Virus record (IMG/VR): IMGVR_UViG_2541047783_000002
Strand: one strand, 5' to 3'
From: a virus
Taxonomy: Duplodnaviria > Heunggongvirae > Uroviricota > Caudoviricetes
Length of the DNA: 34,509 bases
Shown here: piece by piece, positions 9,133 through 18,951 of the stretch
Layout: every line of letters starts with the position of its first letter
Numbering within the stretch: position 1 is the stretch's first letter
The notes under the pieces: model-generated
What the model saw: the letters and a program-made list of their open reading frames with translations, nothing else
Told to the model about the DNA's origin: nothing
Database searches by the model: none
Program-made: the position numbers and the translations under genes

Positions 9133-9654
9133 TCAGCCCCCGATATTGATGCGGTAGTCGGTCAGTTGATCAACGCCACCAACGCGGAAGATGTTGGCCA
9201 GATAGTCCAGCTCCAGCAACTCTTCACCATCCAGTACCTGCTTGATGTACGTGCAGGTGAAGCTACTGGAGAATTCGGCGTTCTCATGCTGTTTGAACGT
9301 CCCCAGCGGGTTCTTCTTGAACATGATCGTCAGGAAGGTGACCAGCGGGATTTCGTCAATCAGCCCCTGCGAGCTGTAGCGCTGGACGCTTGAGCGACAC
9401 TGCAGCGCCAGCGACTTGTACGGGTTCGCGGCAGACAGCATCGCGTCGCGGTAAAAGCTGTTCCACTTGATCTCGCCCTCAAGCTTGTCGAAGCCTGCCG
9501 GGAGTTCCACCTTGCCCACCATCCCCAGCGCCTTATGCTCCTGCATGGTCATGGAGACGTCCGGGAGTTTGACCTCCTCGGCACGCCCCAGCAGGTTAGC
9601 ACCATCCAGGTAGATGTTGGCATTCGTGATGCGGTTGATCTCAATCTTTGCCAT
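9133..9654 (-). CDS. tail tube protein (P2 FII / Mu gpM-like)
   Basis: 173 aa directly after sheath gene (start/stop overlap at 9654). Confidence 0.8.
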   Translation of the reverse strand: MAKIEINRITNANIYLDGANLLGRAEEVKLPDVSMTMQEHKALGMVGKVELPAGFDKLEGEIKWNSFYRDAMLSAANPYKSLALQCRSSVQRYSSQGLIDEIPLVTFLTIMFKKNPLGTFKQHENAEFSSSFTCTYIKQVLDGEELLELDYLANIFRVGGVDQLTDYRINIGG

Positions 9655-11081
9655 CAGCTATTCCCCTTCAGGGTTAACAGATATTCCGAGGTGATCTCGG
9701 TCTCAAACGTCAGCCGCTCCAGCGACGGTGGCGGCGTGTATTTGTAGCTCAGCAACAGGTGACCTGCGGCAAGCTCCGTCTCTTCATTACGGGCCGGATC
9801 AAACCAGCAGCTGAAGCCCAGCAGCGCACCGTCGCCAATCAGTTTGCGACCATAGGCGTTGACCGACTCCGTCAGTGCATCAATCAGCGCCTGAGTAATC
9901 GGCATGTCGATGTACTGCTGGCTGAAGTAACGAATGGACTCATTGATCACATCACCGGTGCGACGAACGTTCTCAAAGTTACGCATATGGGTGACCGTTG
10001 GCCATGCTGCCGTCCGGTTACCCCACAGACGAAGGCCGCTGCCGTAACTGCTGAATACCGTGGTGATCCCCTGTTCGTTGAGCAGGTTCACCTCGCTCTG
10101 CGGGTCGTCAATCATTGCTGACAGTTGGCGCTCCACACCAGTGATACCCAGAATCTCCTGGTTGGAGGACGACCACCAGTAACCCTTGTCCATGTCGACC
10201 CTGGCACGCAGACCTGCAGCACGCTGGCTCAGCGGCTCCAGCCGTTCGCTGTTGGTGACCGCGTCGTACACCTTGACGTGCGGGTAGCACAGACGGACGC
10301 GGTCGGAGCTGGTGTTGAAGTTAATGGTGCCTTCCGGGCCACGCCCCGCCAGAGCCTGAGCAAAAGTGGTACCAATCGGCGCGTCGATGTAAGTCACCGC
10401 GCCCAGCTTCTCAGCCATGGCGATAAGCTCAACCGAGACGCTGTTCTGGGTGCAGAATACCGGGGCAATCAGGATTTTTGCGAAGTAACCAAACAGGTTG
10501 AAGCTGTCGTTAAGCAGCTTCATACCGGTACGGTTGCCCGCCGCGTTAACGGCACCGATGATATCAGCCGGGGTGACTTTAGTTGGATCAGCATAGTTAT
10601 AGCTGGCCTTCACCGTTGCATCTGCCGCGATGCTCTTACCGAGGTTGGTAATCGCCCCGGTCTGTGCATCAAGCGAGTAGTCCTGACCTTCCACATAAGG
10701 CTGGCCATCGTTGTCCGGTTTCAGTACCAGCTGCGCGACCACCGGATTAGCCAGCTGTGCCTTGCCCGTCGCCTTGTCGAACGCTACATCTTCATCGGCC
10801 ACAGCGGTTTTATGCACAGCCGGATCAAGCACGTTAATGACCAGAACGGTGCCTGCACCATGGTCATAAATCGCATCCAGCGCCTGCGGAATGGTAAAGC
10901 CGGTGAGCTGGTTGCCAAACGCAGCAGCATCTTTCTCAGACAGGCACTGCACCAGCGTATTGACGTCCCCCATCGGGGCGGTACCAATCAGGCCAATAAC
11001 GGCAGATTTCACCGTTTTAACCGGGCGGGCTCCGTTTTCCACCTCAATGGTTTCGACGCCATGCAGATAGTTAGCTGCCAT
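9654..11081 (-). CDS. contractile tail sheath protein (P2 FI / Mu gpL-like)
   Basis: 475 aa; N-terminus MAANYLHGVETIEVENG... resembles sheath N-termini (P2 FI starts MSDYHHGVQVLEI...). Confidence 0.85.
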   Translation of the reverse strand: MAANYLHGVETIEVENGARPVKTVKSAVIGLIGTAPMGDVNTLVQCLSEKDAAAFGNQLTGFTIPQALDAIYDHGAGTVLVINVLDPAVHKTAVADEDVAFDKATGKAQLANPVVAQLVLKPDNDGQPYVEGQDYSLDAQTGAITNLGKSIAADATVKASYNYADPTKVTPADIIGAVNAAGNRTGMKLLNDSFNLFGYFAKILIAPVFCTQNSVSVELIAMAEKLGAVTYIDAPIGTTFAQALAGRGPEGTINFNTSSDRVRLCYPHVKVYDAVTNSERLEPLSQRAAGLRARVDMDKGYWWSSSNQEILGITGVERQLSAMIDDPQSEVNLLNEQGITTVFSSYGSGLRLWGNRTAAWPTVTHMRNFENVRRTGDVINESIRYFSQQYIDMPITQALIDALTESVNAYGRKLIGDGALLGFSCWFDPARNEETELAAGHLLLSYKYTPPPSLERLTFETEITSEYLLTLKGNS

Positions 11082-11325
11082 GGGAGTCCTCCGTTTTCAC
11101 TTCGCTGTCACTGCTGCTTCTGCGCTTTGGTGACTGCACAGCCGGTGTGACGGCGGGTTTAGTCTCTTCAGGTACCGGCGTCAGGTGCTTCAGCGCCACC
11201 AGTACCTTCACGTAGTCATGCTCCTCCGGCAGGGAAACCGTCTTCCCCGGCCAGAGCAGGATTTCGGTTCCGTCCGACAGCGTGACACCGCTGGCGGGGC
11301 CGGAATAGCGGTATTCTTTCATCAC
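11071..11325 (-). CDS. hypothetical small structural-module protein
   Basis: 84 aa ORF tightly packed between gp37-like gene and sheath gene. Confidence 0.4.
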   Translation of the reverse strand: MMKEYRYSGPASGVTLSDGTEILLWPGKTVSLPEEHDYVKVLVALKHLTPVPEETKPAVTPAVQSPKRRSSSDSEVKTEDSHGS

Positions 11326-11786
11326 TCGCTTTCCTCATAGTTCACTTCGGTTAACAGTGGGCCGGACGGTAAGTCGCTGTCTTCGATAAAGACGCTTTCT
11401 GTGGCAAAGTCGAGGGCGTACTGCCACAGCCCTCTGACTTCGCCGATAAACACCTCACGGGTCAGCCAGATGCGACGGCGGCACCCGGGCGGGGTGTAGC
11501 CACCGAGAATGCGGCGGACAGCATCCAGGATATTAATCGCGCCTCTTTTACCGTTGAGCTGGCGAAAGACCACCGTGACGCAGAGCTGGATAGTCTGAGA
11601 CTGGAGTACCGCACCGGTATCATCCGGCTTATCGAAGCGCGACCCGGCATAGCTCACCAGCAGCGCCCCGGCCGGATGATTCAGTCGGTATTCAGCTGGT
11701 TTCTCCGGGAAGTACTCCACCTGCAGTTGCGGCAGCTTCTCGCGTAACCGGGCCAGTACCGCATCAAGGACGGGCAGAACGTTCAT
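11322..11786 (-). CDS. Mu gp37-like protein (DUF1834-type, tail completion/neck)
   Basis: 154 aa; position after gp36-like gene; family assignment recalled, not searched. Confidence 0.5.
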   Translation of the reverse strand: MNVLPVLDAVLARLREKLPQLQVEYFPEKPAEYRLNHPAGALLVSYAGSRFDKPDDTGAVLQSQTIQLCVTVVFRQLNGKRGAINILDAVRRILGGYTPPGCRRRIWLTREVFIGEVRGLWQYALDFATESVFIEDSDLPSGPLLTEVNYEESE

Positions 11787-12231
11787 CAGTATTTCTCCAG
11801 TAAACCGTCACGACCGCCGAAAGTGGCCGGGCGGCTGCGTACACGAAACTCGCCAGGTTCAGGCACATCTTTCTGAGTGGACGGCAGCCCCAGCGTGAGC
11901 CTGTTATCACGTAACTCCTTCAGTTGCCGCAGCGCTTCTTTGTGGTCATCCTTCACCGTATCCGGGAGGTCTCCTTCCGGGCGGCGGGCGTAGAGCCGGT
12001 AACGGACCAGCGTGATGGCAATGTCCCGCAGAACGGTCGGTATCTCCGCCAGCGGCAGGATATAGCGTCCGCGCAGATGGGCATCAATCAGCTCGTCGGC
12101 ATAGCGGATACAGCTCTCCACCACACGGGTATTCACTGTCGCAGGCGAGTCGAAGTCCATCTCTTCGCTGGTGAGCTCGATAAGCGTCCGCTCCGGCACC
12201 TGCTCAAGCAAATCCTCCAGGGTGCAGTACA
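11786..12231 (-). CDS. Mu gp36-like head-tail connector protein (DUF1320-type)
   Basis: Long ORF 11786..12394 but start taken at the internal Met (MYCTLEDLLEQV..., position 12231), which abuts the upstream gene stop at 12234. Confidence 0.5.
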
Positions 12232-12233
12232 TG

Positions 12234-12572
12234 TCACACCCCGCGCAGGATACGAATGACGTCGCCTTCTGCTGTGGCTTCATCCAGGGCAATACCACAG
12301 GGTTTACCGTCGCCGGACTGCGGCACGGCTCTGGCCTGAGCATCAGACTGTACAGCCACACCACGGCTGACAGCGGCCCCGGCCTCGACAGCAATAATGC
12401 CCAGAACGTTCACCGGCGTGCTGTCACCGGTAACAGCATCCACTTCGGCAACCCCGAGCGCTGCAGCACCGGCTTTACAGGGGGTATTATCTGCCCCGAC
12501 AAAACGCTGCTGTGCCAGTTCTGCACCTGCCGTTACGGTTGTGATCAGAATGACCTGCTGAGTGGTTCCCAT
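12234..12572 (-). CDS. hypothetical head protein (Gly/Ala/Val-rich, possible decoration/cement protein)
   Basis: 112 aa directly downstream of major capsid gene. Confidence 0.45.
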   Translation of the reverse strand: MGTTQQVILITTVTAGAELAQQRFVGADNTPCKAGAAALGVAEVDAVTGDSTPVNVLGIIAVEAGAAVSRGVAVQSDAQARAVPQSGDGKPCGIALDEATAEGDVIRILRGV

Positions 12573-12581
12573 AACGCCTCC

Positions 12582-13535
12582 TTATTTACTGATACCGGTG
12601 ATGAGATACCCGGCATCGCCACCAACCACGGCGACTTTGTAGATATCGGTATAACGGCAGTACTTCACCTTGCCACCGGCTCCGTCGTATTTGTCGGCAA
12701 CAGGCATCCCCTTACGACGCAGGGTGTAGCCGAAGGACGGCTCGTTCTCGTCCGCGCTGTCCGCCCCCGGCTGCGGTTTGCCGACATAGTGCAGCATCAG
12801 ATTGTCTCCCCAGATATCCGCCGGCACGCTGTTCTTATCCATTGCCGCTTTCATGGACGGCAGGGAGACCGGGGCACCGATGACGACCTCTTCGATCTGA
12901 AAGAGGTCCTGCAGGATCTCTGTGGTGATGCGCTTGCGTTCGTTGGCTCCGATGGCGGCCTGAATCGCCGGGTGGAACTTCAGCAGCGCCATCACGCCGG
13001 CCCCCATGGTCATCAGGTTAGGACGCAGCCCCGTGGCCGTACGGACCGCTTCCATACCGGCTTCAATCACCCCGATGGGGTCCCCTTTACCACCGGCCCA
13101 GCGATCACTGGCTGTCAGTTTTTTGACGTGCCCGGTACGGTAGACCTTTTCATCCTGAGCCAGACGGGCAGCGATAAGTTCACGGCGCAGGTTCACGCCG
13201 TTCGTGGCGCGACGGATGGCCTTGCTCTCTTCGTTAAACATGGACTCCGCCTGTTCGCGATAGTCCACCGGCGCAGCCAGATCGTGCTCACCCAGCACCA
13301 GATCAAGCGTGCCGGTTTTCTCACGGACCAGAACATTGCTGTCCGCCCCGACGGCACGCTCGGTGTCATATTCCACAAAGGCGGTTTTCCCGAAGGTCGG
13401 CACACGCACGCCTTCCTTGTCCGTCAGCACGACGGGGAAAATACGTTCGCCGATGAATGCGGCATTTTTATAGCCTCGGGCGATACTGGTCAGTACCGGA
13501 TCAACGACACGTTTACCTTTTAAGTAATCAGACAT
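12582..13535 (-). CDS. major capsid protein (Mu gpT-like)
   Basis: 317 aa following protease/scaffold gene, as in Mu head operon (I then T). Confidence 0.7.
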   Translation of the reverse strand: MSDYLKGKRVVDPVLTSIARGYKNAAFIGERIFPVVLTDKEGVRVPTFGKTAFVEYDTERAVGADSNVLVREKTGTLDLVLGEHDLAAPVDYREQAESMFNEESKAIRRATNGVNLRRELIAARLAQDEKVYRTGHVKKLTASDRWAGGKGDPIGVIEAGMEAVRTATGLRPNLMTMGAGVMALLKFHPAIQAAIGANERKRITTEILQDLFQIEEVVIGAPVSLPSMKAAMDKNSVPADIWGDNLMLHYVGKPQPGADSADENEPSFGYTLRRKGMPVADKYDGAGGKVKYCRYTDIYKVAVVGGDAGYLITGISK

Positions 13536-13548
13536 GCTCTCTCCTTAA

Positions 13549-14664
13549 TTACAGGCAGCGTGCGACAGCAGCCTCATAGCTGATGCCTTCTTTTTTCGAC
13601 AGGGCCACTGCTTTCTGATGCAGGGCCAGACGCTCAGGATCGGCTTCCGCAAACTCCGTCACATCCACCTTCACCGTGTCGCCGACACGCTCCTTTGTGG
13701 CCTGTTCGGCGAAATTCATCACCGGCTCCCCGTCGGAGAGCAATGAACGAAAGGCGGTCGCCAGCGGTGTGCGGCTTTCCCCCTCAGCAAACTCCACCGG
13801 CTTGTCGCCACCGGCGACGGCATCCAGCAGGGCAACCACCACGGAGGAGGCGCGGGGAGCCAGACGGCCCTCTGCGACCAGTTTTTCTGCAAAGGCCACA
13901 TTGTCCTTATGCAGTTGCTCCTGTCTGACCTGTGCATCACGCGCATCGCGATCAGCAGCCTGCTGCTTCAGGCGGCGGTTCTCCTCCTGAAGGGCTTCAA
14001 TCTCTTCTTTTGTCATCGATGATTCCTCGTTACTTGCGGAAGACGGCCCCGGGCCTGTCTCACTGAATTGTGCACCTGCTGCATCCTGCGACGGTGTGTC
14101 GCGGTACGCCTCTTCGCGCAGATTGTTGAGCTGCCATTCCGGCAGGACTTTTTCTGCTTCGTCCAGACTGAAGCGGGCGATCAGAAAATCGCGCAGCTTT
14201 CCCCACAGGGAGGCATTCGTGATGGCCTGCCAGTCGGCGAACTCCACCACACCTTCTTCCTGCTCACTGAAGGACACCTGTTTCAGCCCCTTGACGGAAG
14301 GTGGCTGTGCCCCGAGAAAGCCCACATGGCGCAGGTAGAGCACGCCGGGCTTCGGATTGGACGGTGAATCCGGGAGGTAGAAAGAGGCGGACACTTTTTT
14401 GAATCGTCCGTCGGTGACCATCTCAGCAAACTGCGGGTCCAGCTGGGCAGGCTCTGCCATCAGATCGACGCCGCTGAGCGACAGGGCTTTCACCCAGCCC
14501 CACGCCGGGTCTTCCGTTCTGGGATGACCAATCACGAGTGGTGCTTCATGGACGGACGGGTCATAGGCTTTCACGCAGGCGGCAAGATCGTCTGGCGTGA
14601 ACGGCAGTTTTTTGCCGTGCATATCGGTATGAGTACCGGCTTTAAAAATGTGAATGGCTGACAT
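13549..14664 (-). CDS. head maturation protease / scaffold protein (Mu gpI-like)
   Basis: 371 aa; N-terminal protease-like region, C-terminal coiled-coil/charged scaffold-like region (LQEENRRLKQQAADRDARD). Confidence 0.7.
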   Translation of the reverse strand: MSAIHIFKAGTHTDMHGKKLPFTPDDLAACVKAYDPSVHEAPLVIGHPRTEDPAWGWVKALSLSGVDLMAEPAQLDPQFAEMVTDGRFKKVSASFYLPDSPSNPKPGVLYLRHVGFLGAQPPSVKGLKQVSFSEQEEGVVEFADWQAITNASLWGKLRDFLIARFSLDEAEKVLPEWQLNNLREEAYRDTPSQDAAGAQFSETGPGPSSASNEESSMTKEEIEALQEENRRLKQQAADRDARDAQVRQEQLHKDNVAFAEKLVAEGRLAPRASSVVVALLDAVAGGDKPVEFAEGESRTPLATAFRSLLSDGEPVMNFAEQATKERVGDTVKVDVTEFAEADPERLALHQKAVALSKKEGISYEAAVARCL

Positions 14665-14788
14665 TTTGCTGTCCCGCGTTATGTTGTCGGAGACAGTTTG
14701 TGAGAAATGCAGGCCCGGCGATTTTAATCTGCTTTAGAAAACATCAGGAGAGAAGGACAGGGAAAGCAATGCGGTGAACCGGAGGCGG

Positions 14789-14820
14789 TTATAAAACAGA
14801 GGCTGTAAAGCCTTTATAAA
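14789..14820 (-). promoter_or_regulatory. imperfect 32-bp palindrome in G-I intergenic gap (candidate terminator or activator site for a late promoter)
   Basis: TTATAAA-ACAG-AGGCT-GTAA-AGCCT-T-TTATAA; minus-strand hairpin followed by CUGUUUUAU. Confidence 0.3.
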
Positions 14821-14878
14821 GGTAATACAGCCCCTCATCCGCTGGCAATGATAAATCACCCGCCTGAAGGGAGAAACC

Positions 14879-15337
14879 TCAGCGACGGGCCGCTGATTCA
14901 AGATGGCGGACAATGGTATCGAGGATGGGGATTACCACTTCAGGCTGTAGTTCTCCATCCCCTGTCACCGGCAGGAACGGGCGGGCCGGAAGTTCAACAG
15001 ACTCATTACGCCCCGTTTTACCCCCGAACTGGTGAATGGCACCGTAAACAACGTTGGTCCCCACAACAGCCTGCCGGTCGTCATGGTCGGTTGATACTGA
15101 CCCCATCAGACGCCCGGTATCCTGCAGTGTCTGCCCGTCACGTTCTTCCGCTGCCAGCGAGGGGATCCACCCCGGACGCCCCTCATCAAGAAAGTTAAAC
15201 TGTGTTTCCGCCAGCAGGGTTCCGGCGATTTTGCGCATCGCGGGTTCCAGGTCTGTGGCAGCCAGGTCCAGCGCACGGAGGCTCCGGCGCAGGGATTTAT
15301 CGTTAATGGTGATACTGACCAGGTTATCGGAAGCCAT
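14879..15337 (-). CDS. virion morphogenesis protein (Mu gpG-like)
   Basis: 152 aa between F-like and I-like genes. Confidence 0.7.
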   Translation of the reverse strand: MASDNLVSITINDKSLRRSLRALDLAATDLEPAMRKIAGTLLAETQFNFLDEGRPGWIPSLAAEERDGQTLQDTGRLMGSVSTDHDDRQAVVGTNVVYGAIHQFGGKTGRNESVELPARPFLPVTGDGELQPEVVIPILDTIVRHLESAARR

Positions 15338-15339
15338 TG

Positions 15340-16161
15340 TTATCCTCTCAGTTCCTGTTGTGCCAGTGGCTGAAGCGTACCCTGATAGCGGGAAAGGTCG
15401 GGACGGTATGCTGCCCCCGGTGCATAAGACCAGCCGACGTCGGTGGCCACCTTCGTGGTGCCGGTATTAAAGGTAGCCACGTTCCGCATTTCGCCGGTTT
15501 TCTCTGAGACCAGTTTCAGTTCCTGGCCCATGGCAGAGCCGGAGCTGATAACCTTCAGGCCACGGGCACGTACATCCGCCGCACTCAGGGCAATCACACT
15601 ACAGCGGCAGCGCCAGCCGTTCGGCGGGTAAAATGCCTGCCAGAACGGGTCATCCCAGCGCAGCACCAGACCATGCAGCGCCAGATGGCTCCTGCGGGTA
15701 TGGCTGTCGTTGATGCCGGTATACATCCAGTACGGCCTGTCGTCGACGTTTTCCATCTGCTCCGCCCAACGACCGGCGCTGTAGAGTACGGACATATTGG
15801 TGCGAAAGATGGTATCGAGCCGCCACGGACTGCCCTGCTGAATGGTGACCGGTTCACCCGTTACCGGGTCAGTCGTGTCACGCGGTCCCCACCATCCCTT
15901 GCGCTTCAGCGCCGGCTCCAGCTCCTGCCGGAACCAGCGATCGGTTTTTCCTTCATCGACAGCCTGCTGCAGTGCCCCGCGAATATCTTCCAGGATATCC
16001 AGGCGGGTCACTTTAGCAACGGTAAAGGCGCGGGCATGGGCCTCCTGCCACATTTCTTCCCAGTCCCAGGTAATCTGATACCCTTTGGACTTCAGGTAAC
16101 TGACTGCCCGCTTCGGGGGAAGCGTCATGCAGTACGCCAGTTCAGCCGTTGTCACGCTCAT
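15340..16161 (-). CDS. head morphogenesis protein (Mu gpF family)
   Basis: Motifs WRLDTIFRTNMSVLYSAGRW and TRRSHLALHGLV...NGWRCRCS typical of Mu F / SPP1 gp7 family; start placed at ATG 16161 (ORF-track start 16188 is TTG). Confidence 0.8.
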   Translation of the reverse strand: MSVTTAELAYCMTLPPKRAVSYLKSKGYQITWDWEEMWQEAHARAFTVAKVTRLDILEDIRGALQQAVDEGKTDRWFRQELEPALKRKGWWGPRDTTDPVTGEPVTIQQGSPWRLDTIFRTNMSVLYSAGRWAEQMENVDDRPYWMYTGINDSHTRRSHLALHGLVLRWDDPFWQAFYPPNGWRCRCSVIALSAADVRARGLKVISSGSAMGQELKLVSEKTGEMRNVATFNTGTTKVATDVGWSYAPGAAYRPDLSRYQGTLQPLAQQELRG

Positions 16162-17635
16162 GCAGACGTCCCCAGATATTTGCCACAAAGAGAATGCGGG
16201 CCAGCCGTTCCTGCAGATCGTCCGTGTTCATCTGAGGGTAGAGCTCCGCCAGTTCGCCCAGCAGCTCAGTCGGGTTAACCCCGTTTTCGACCCGCTTAAA
16301 CAGAGGTGCCAGGACGGGTTCCAGCGTGCCATTTAACACACCTCCGTTCATCAGAATGTCCAGCGCGTCGTCAAGCTGCTGTTGTGCATCATGATCGGCG
16401 CTTATCGCCTCGGCAAACTCCGCAGGCACTGCCCCGTCCGCAACCGGTGCATCAGAGAGGTCAATATCCCCCTCCTGCAGCTGGTACTCCCGCATGAAGT
16501 ACTGCGGGGTCAGACGCAGACCCGCCCGGGTGAGTTTTTCGTCGCGGGTGGCACGGGTGTCATCAATGGCCTCCTGTTCCCACATGGCCCAGACCGGACA
16601 CGGCACATCGCCGAAGTTCAGGGTGACCACCGTTCTGATGACCTGATTCACTGCCGCCTGAATGATGTCCGCATCCGCATCGCGGATATCAGCCGTTACC
16701 TCCAGCCCGGCCTGTGCAGAGGCCTTGTTACTGTTCGCTTCCGTGGTCTGATTCTGACCGAGTAATGCAATGGAGATCTCACTGCGTGACAGTGTGATCA
16801 GCTCGCGGAATACCTCGCTGCTGTCCGCCTTGCCATCCGCTGCTTTGAGTTCGATACTGCTGTCATCGGGGATGGCGGCCACCGCGTCCTCCACCATCTG
16901 CTCCATGGAGTCCAGCAGTTTTTCAATCTCTGCATCATTTGCACCCCTCGGGTGCTTACCGATCACCCACGGGGAGCCAAACTTTTCGGCAAAGCGGAGC
17001 CAGAATTTCATCCCGCCTTTCTTGAAGGCGACCGGCCAGAAGCACATGGACAGGTCCGGGAAACCGTAAGGATTGTCATACGAGGCATCCTGTGCCGGCA
17101 CCACGAATTTTGACGGTGACAGCAGCTCACCCTCCACACCCGCATCACGCGCCCGGAAGCGCAGGCAGTTGTCCGTATCAAACTGAAACCACTCAGGCGG
17201 TTTGCCGACAATATCCGTCACCGCCCACGCCCTGACCGAACGGCCCCACATGATTTCACAGGGCTGATACCCGTAGAGCACGGCATCGCTCATCTCACCG
17301 ATGATGCGGGACAGATCCAGATCGTCGAGCATGTCGCGGATGAAACGGAAGACCCGGGCAGAAGCGTGACCGCGCTCCAGTCCACGCTCCAGCGATTTGA
17401 GCGCTGCTTTACGTCTGCGGATACAGCCCCCGACCAGCGGGTCGGTGCGCAGTTCGCGGTAGATACGGATATCCCGTCCCTGAGCCTTGAGAATGGGATC
17501 AGGATTGGGCAGATACATGCCCAGTCCGTAAAAGTCGATCGCGCGGCTGCGGGAGGCAATCTGCGCGGTCAGTGATTTCTGAGGCTCAGAAAAAGCAACA
17601 AATTCATCGGGTGAAACCCAGATACCCCTCGCCAT
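16142..17635 (-). CDS. portal protein (Mu gpH-like, DUF935 family)
   Basis: 497 aa immediately downstream of large terminase (ATGA overlap at 17635). Confidence 0.8.
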   Translation of the reverse strand: MARGIWVSPDEFVAFSEPQKSLTAQIASRSRAIDFYGLGMYLPNPDPILKAQGRDIRIYRELRTDPLVGGCIRRRKAALKSLERGLERGHASARVFRFIRDMLDDLDLSRIIGEMSDAVLYGYQPCEIMWGRSVRAWAVTDIVGKPPEWFQFDTDNCLRFRARDAGVEGELLSPSKFVVPAQDASYDNPYGFPDLSMCFWPVAFKKGGMKFWLRFAEKFGSPWVIGKHPRGANDAEIEKLLDSMEQMVEDAVAAIPDDSSIELKAADGKADSSEVFRELITLSRSEISIALLGQNQTTEANSNKASAQAGLEVTADIRDADADIIQAAVNQVIRTVVTLNFGDVPCPVWAMWEQEAIDDTRATRDEKLTRAGLRLTPQYFMREYQLQEGDIDLSDAPVADGAVPAEFAEAISADHDAQQQLDDALDILMNGGVLNGTLEPVLAPLFKRVENGVNPTELLGELAELYPQMNTDDLQERLARILFVANIWGRLHERDNG

Positions 17636-18951
17636 CAGAATCCCTCCAGTATATGACCAGCCTCACGGCGGTGACGCGAACGGGCCATCACCGGCCCTGA
17701 CGGTCCGTCAGTGGCGTTTATTGCCAGAAAACAGGCCCATGTGCGGTCGGCGTGACCTGCTGCATCACTTTCGGCCACAAAGCGGGGAGTTCCGGTAGGC
17801 CCGGTAACCTTGCGAAGTTTATGCAGATCACTGCGCAGGACCACATCTCCCGCCGGAATACGCAGGCGGCGGTCCTCAAACATCTCCCTGCCACGGGTCG
17901 CGAGGGTGAGCTTGTTCGGGCTGTTAAATATCACCCCCTCCACACGGCTTCTGCCATGGCGACCCTGTGCATCCTCCACCGGCTTTTCTCCCATCCCGGT
18001 CTGATCCATACAGCAGCGCAGCACGCGGTAACGGAAAAATACGTCATCCAGCAAAGCATCCTGCTCAGCAAAGGTGGCCCGTTTACGGGTGATGATTTCC
18101 CGGGTCCAGTAGACATCCCCCACCTGTTCAAGCACCCAGATGACAAACAGGTCATTACGAACAGCAATATCCACCCCCACAAAGCAGGGGCCACCCGTAT
18201 AGTGCACCGGCAGCCCGGCAGCATCGTGCTCCACGCCGTCAATCAGTTCAAACGTCAGCCAGGCCGATGCCTCATCCAGCCACTTCAGTTCAAACTCCTG
18301 TGCCCAGGCGTCATCATCGTTGAGCGCCTGTCGCATCTGTGCAATATCCCGCGGCAGACCATCACGCACGGCACGGTAAATATCCACGATGTGACGTGAC
18401 CAGACATTTTCAAGGGTGTTGCTGGTCATCAGTTCATAAAACTTGTTTCCCTTGCCGTTCGGTGTCGATGTCACACGCAGTCTGTAGCCGTTGGAAATGA
18501 CCGGAAACAGAGCGGTCCAGATTTTGCGACTGTCGGCATGGAAGGCGAACTCATCCAGAAAGACGTTAGCCGCAAACCCACGAGCCGTGTCGGGATTCGC
18601 CGGCAGGGCCGTGATACGGGAGCCGCCGGGTAACTCCACCTCAAGCATGGTGTAGCGTTCGCCGCTTTCAGCACGGTAATAACTTTCCACCTCACGGGCC
18701 GCCATCCGGTAGGCGCTGCAGTGTTTTTTCACCCCCTCCACCATGGCTTCTTTTGCCTGACGCTCCCCGCGCGAGAGGATCACCCAGCGTGTACGTCCCC
18801 CTGAGGCCTCCGTTTCAAAACAGTCATCAACCAGTTCCAGCGTGGTGGTGAACGTCTTGCCCGTCTGACGGGCAAACATACCAATCTTGAAACGGGCACG
18901 ATCCAGAAACCACGACTGCTGATAGGGATACAGCTGAATGGCCGCTGTCAT
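17635..18951 (-). CDS. terminase large subunit
   Basis: 438 aa; Walker A-like FARQTGKTF near N-terminus; nuclease-like C-terminal half. Confidence 0.8.
   Translation of the reverse strand: MTAAIQLYPYQQSWFLDRARFKIGMFARQTGKTFTTTLELVDDCFETEASGGRTRWVILSRGERQAKEAMVEGVKKHCSAYRMAAREVESYYRAESGERYTMLEVELPGGSRITALPANPDTARGFAANVFLDEFAFHADSRKIWTALFPVISNGYRLRVTSTPNGKGNKFYELMTSNTLENVWSRHIVDIYRAVRDGLPRDIAQMRQALNDDDAWAQEFELKWLDEASAWLTFELIDGVEHDAAGLPVHYTGGPCFVGVDIAVRNDLFVIWVLEQVGDVYWTREIITRKRATFAEQDALLDDVFFRYRVLRCCMDQTGMGEKPVEDAQGRHGRSRVEGVIFNSPNKLTLATRGREMFEDRRLRIPAGDVVLRSDLHKLRKVTGPTGTPRFVAESDAAGHADRTWACFLAINATDGPSGPVMARSRHRREAGHILEGF

Noticed and set aside
10125-11150. 341-aa plus-strand ORF opposite the tail sheath gene
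   Set aside because: Antisense to a strongly supported sheath CDS; Arg/His-rich composition typical of reverse-frame translation of GC-rich coding DNA.
12171-13523. 450-aa plus-strand ORF antisense to the major capsid and neighbouring head genes
   Set aside because: Lies entirely opposite well-supported minus-strand structural genes in a GC-rich region; product is low-complexity (Gly/Arg/His-rich) with no RBS context; typical shadow ORF.
14722-14838. 38-codon minus-strand ORF in the G-I gap (possible small cargo such as an anti-CRISPR)
   Set aside because: Too short, weak RBS, and largely composed of the palindromic element; kept only as a note in the G-I gap finding.
17752-18399. 215-aa plus-strand ORF opposite terminase large subunit
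   Set aside because: Antisense shadow ORF inside terminase gene; no independent support.
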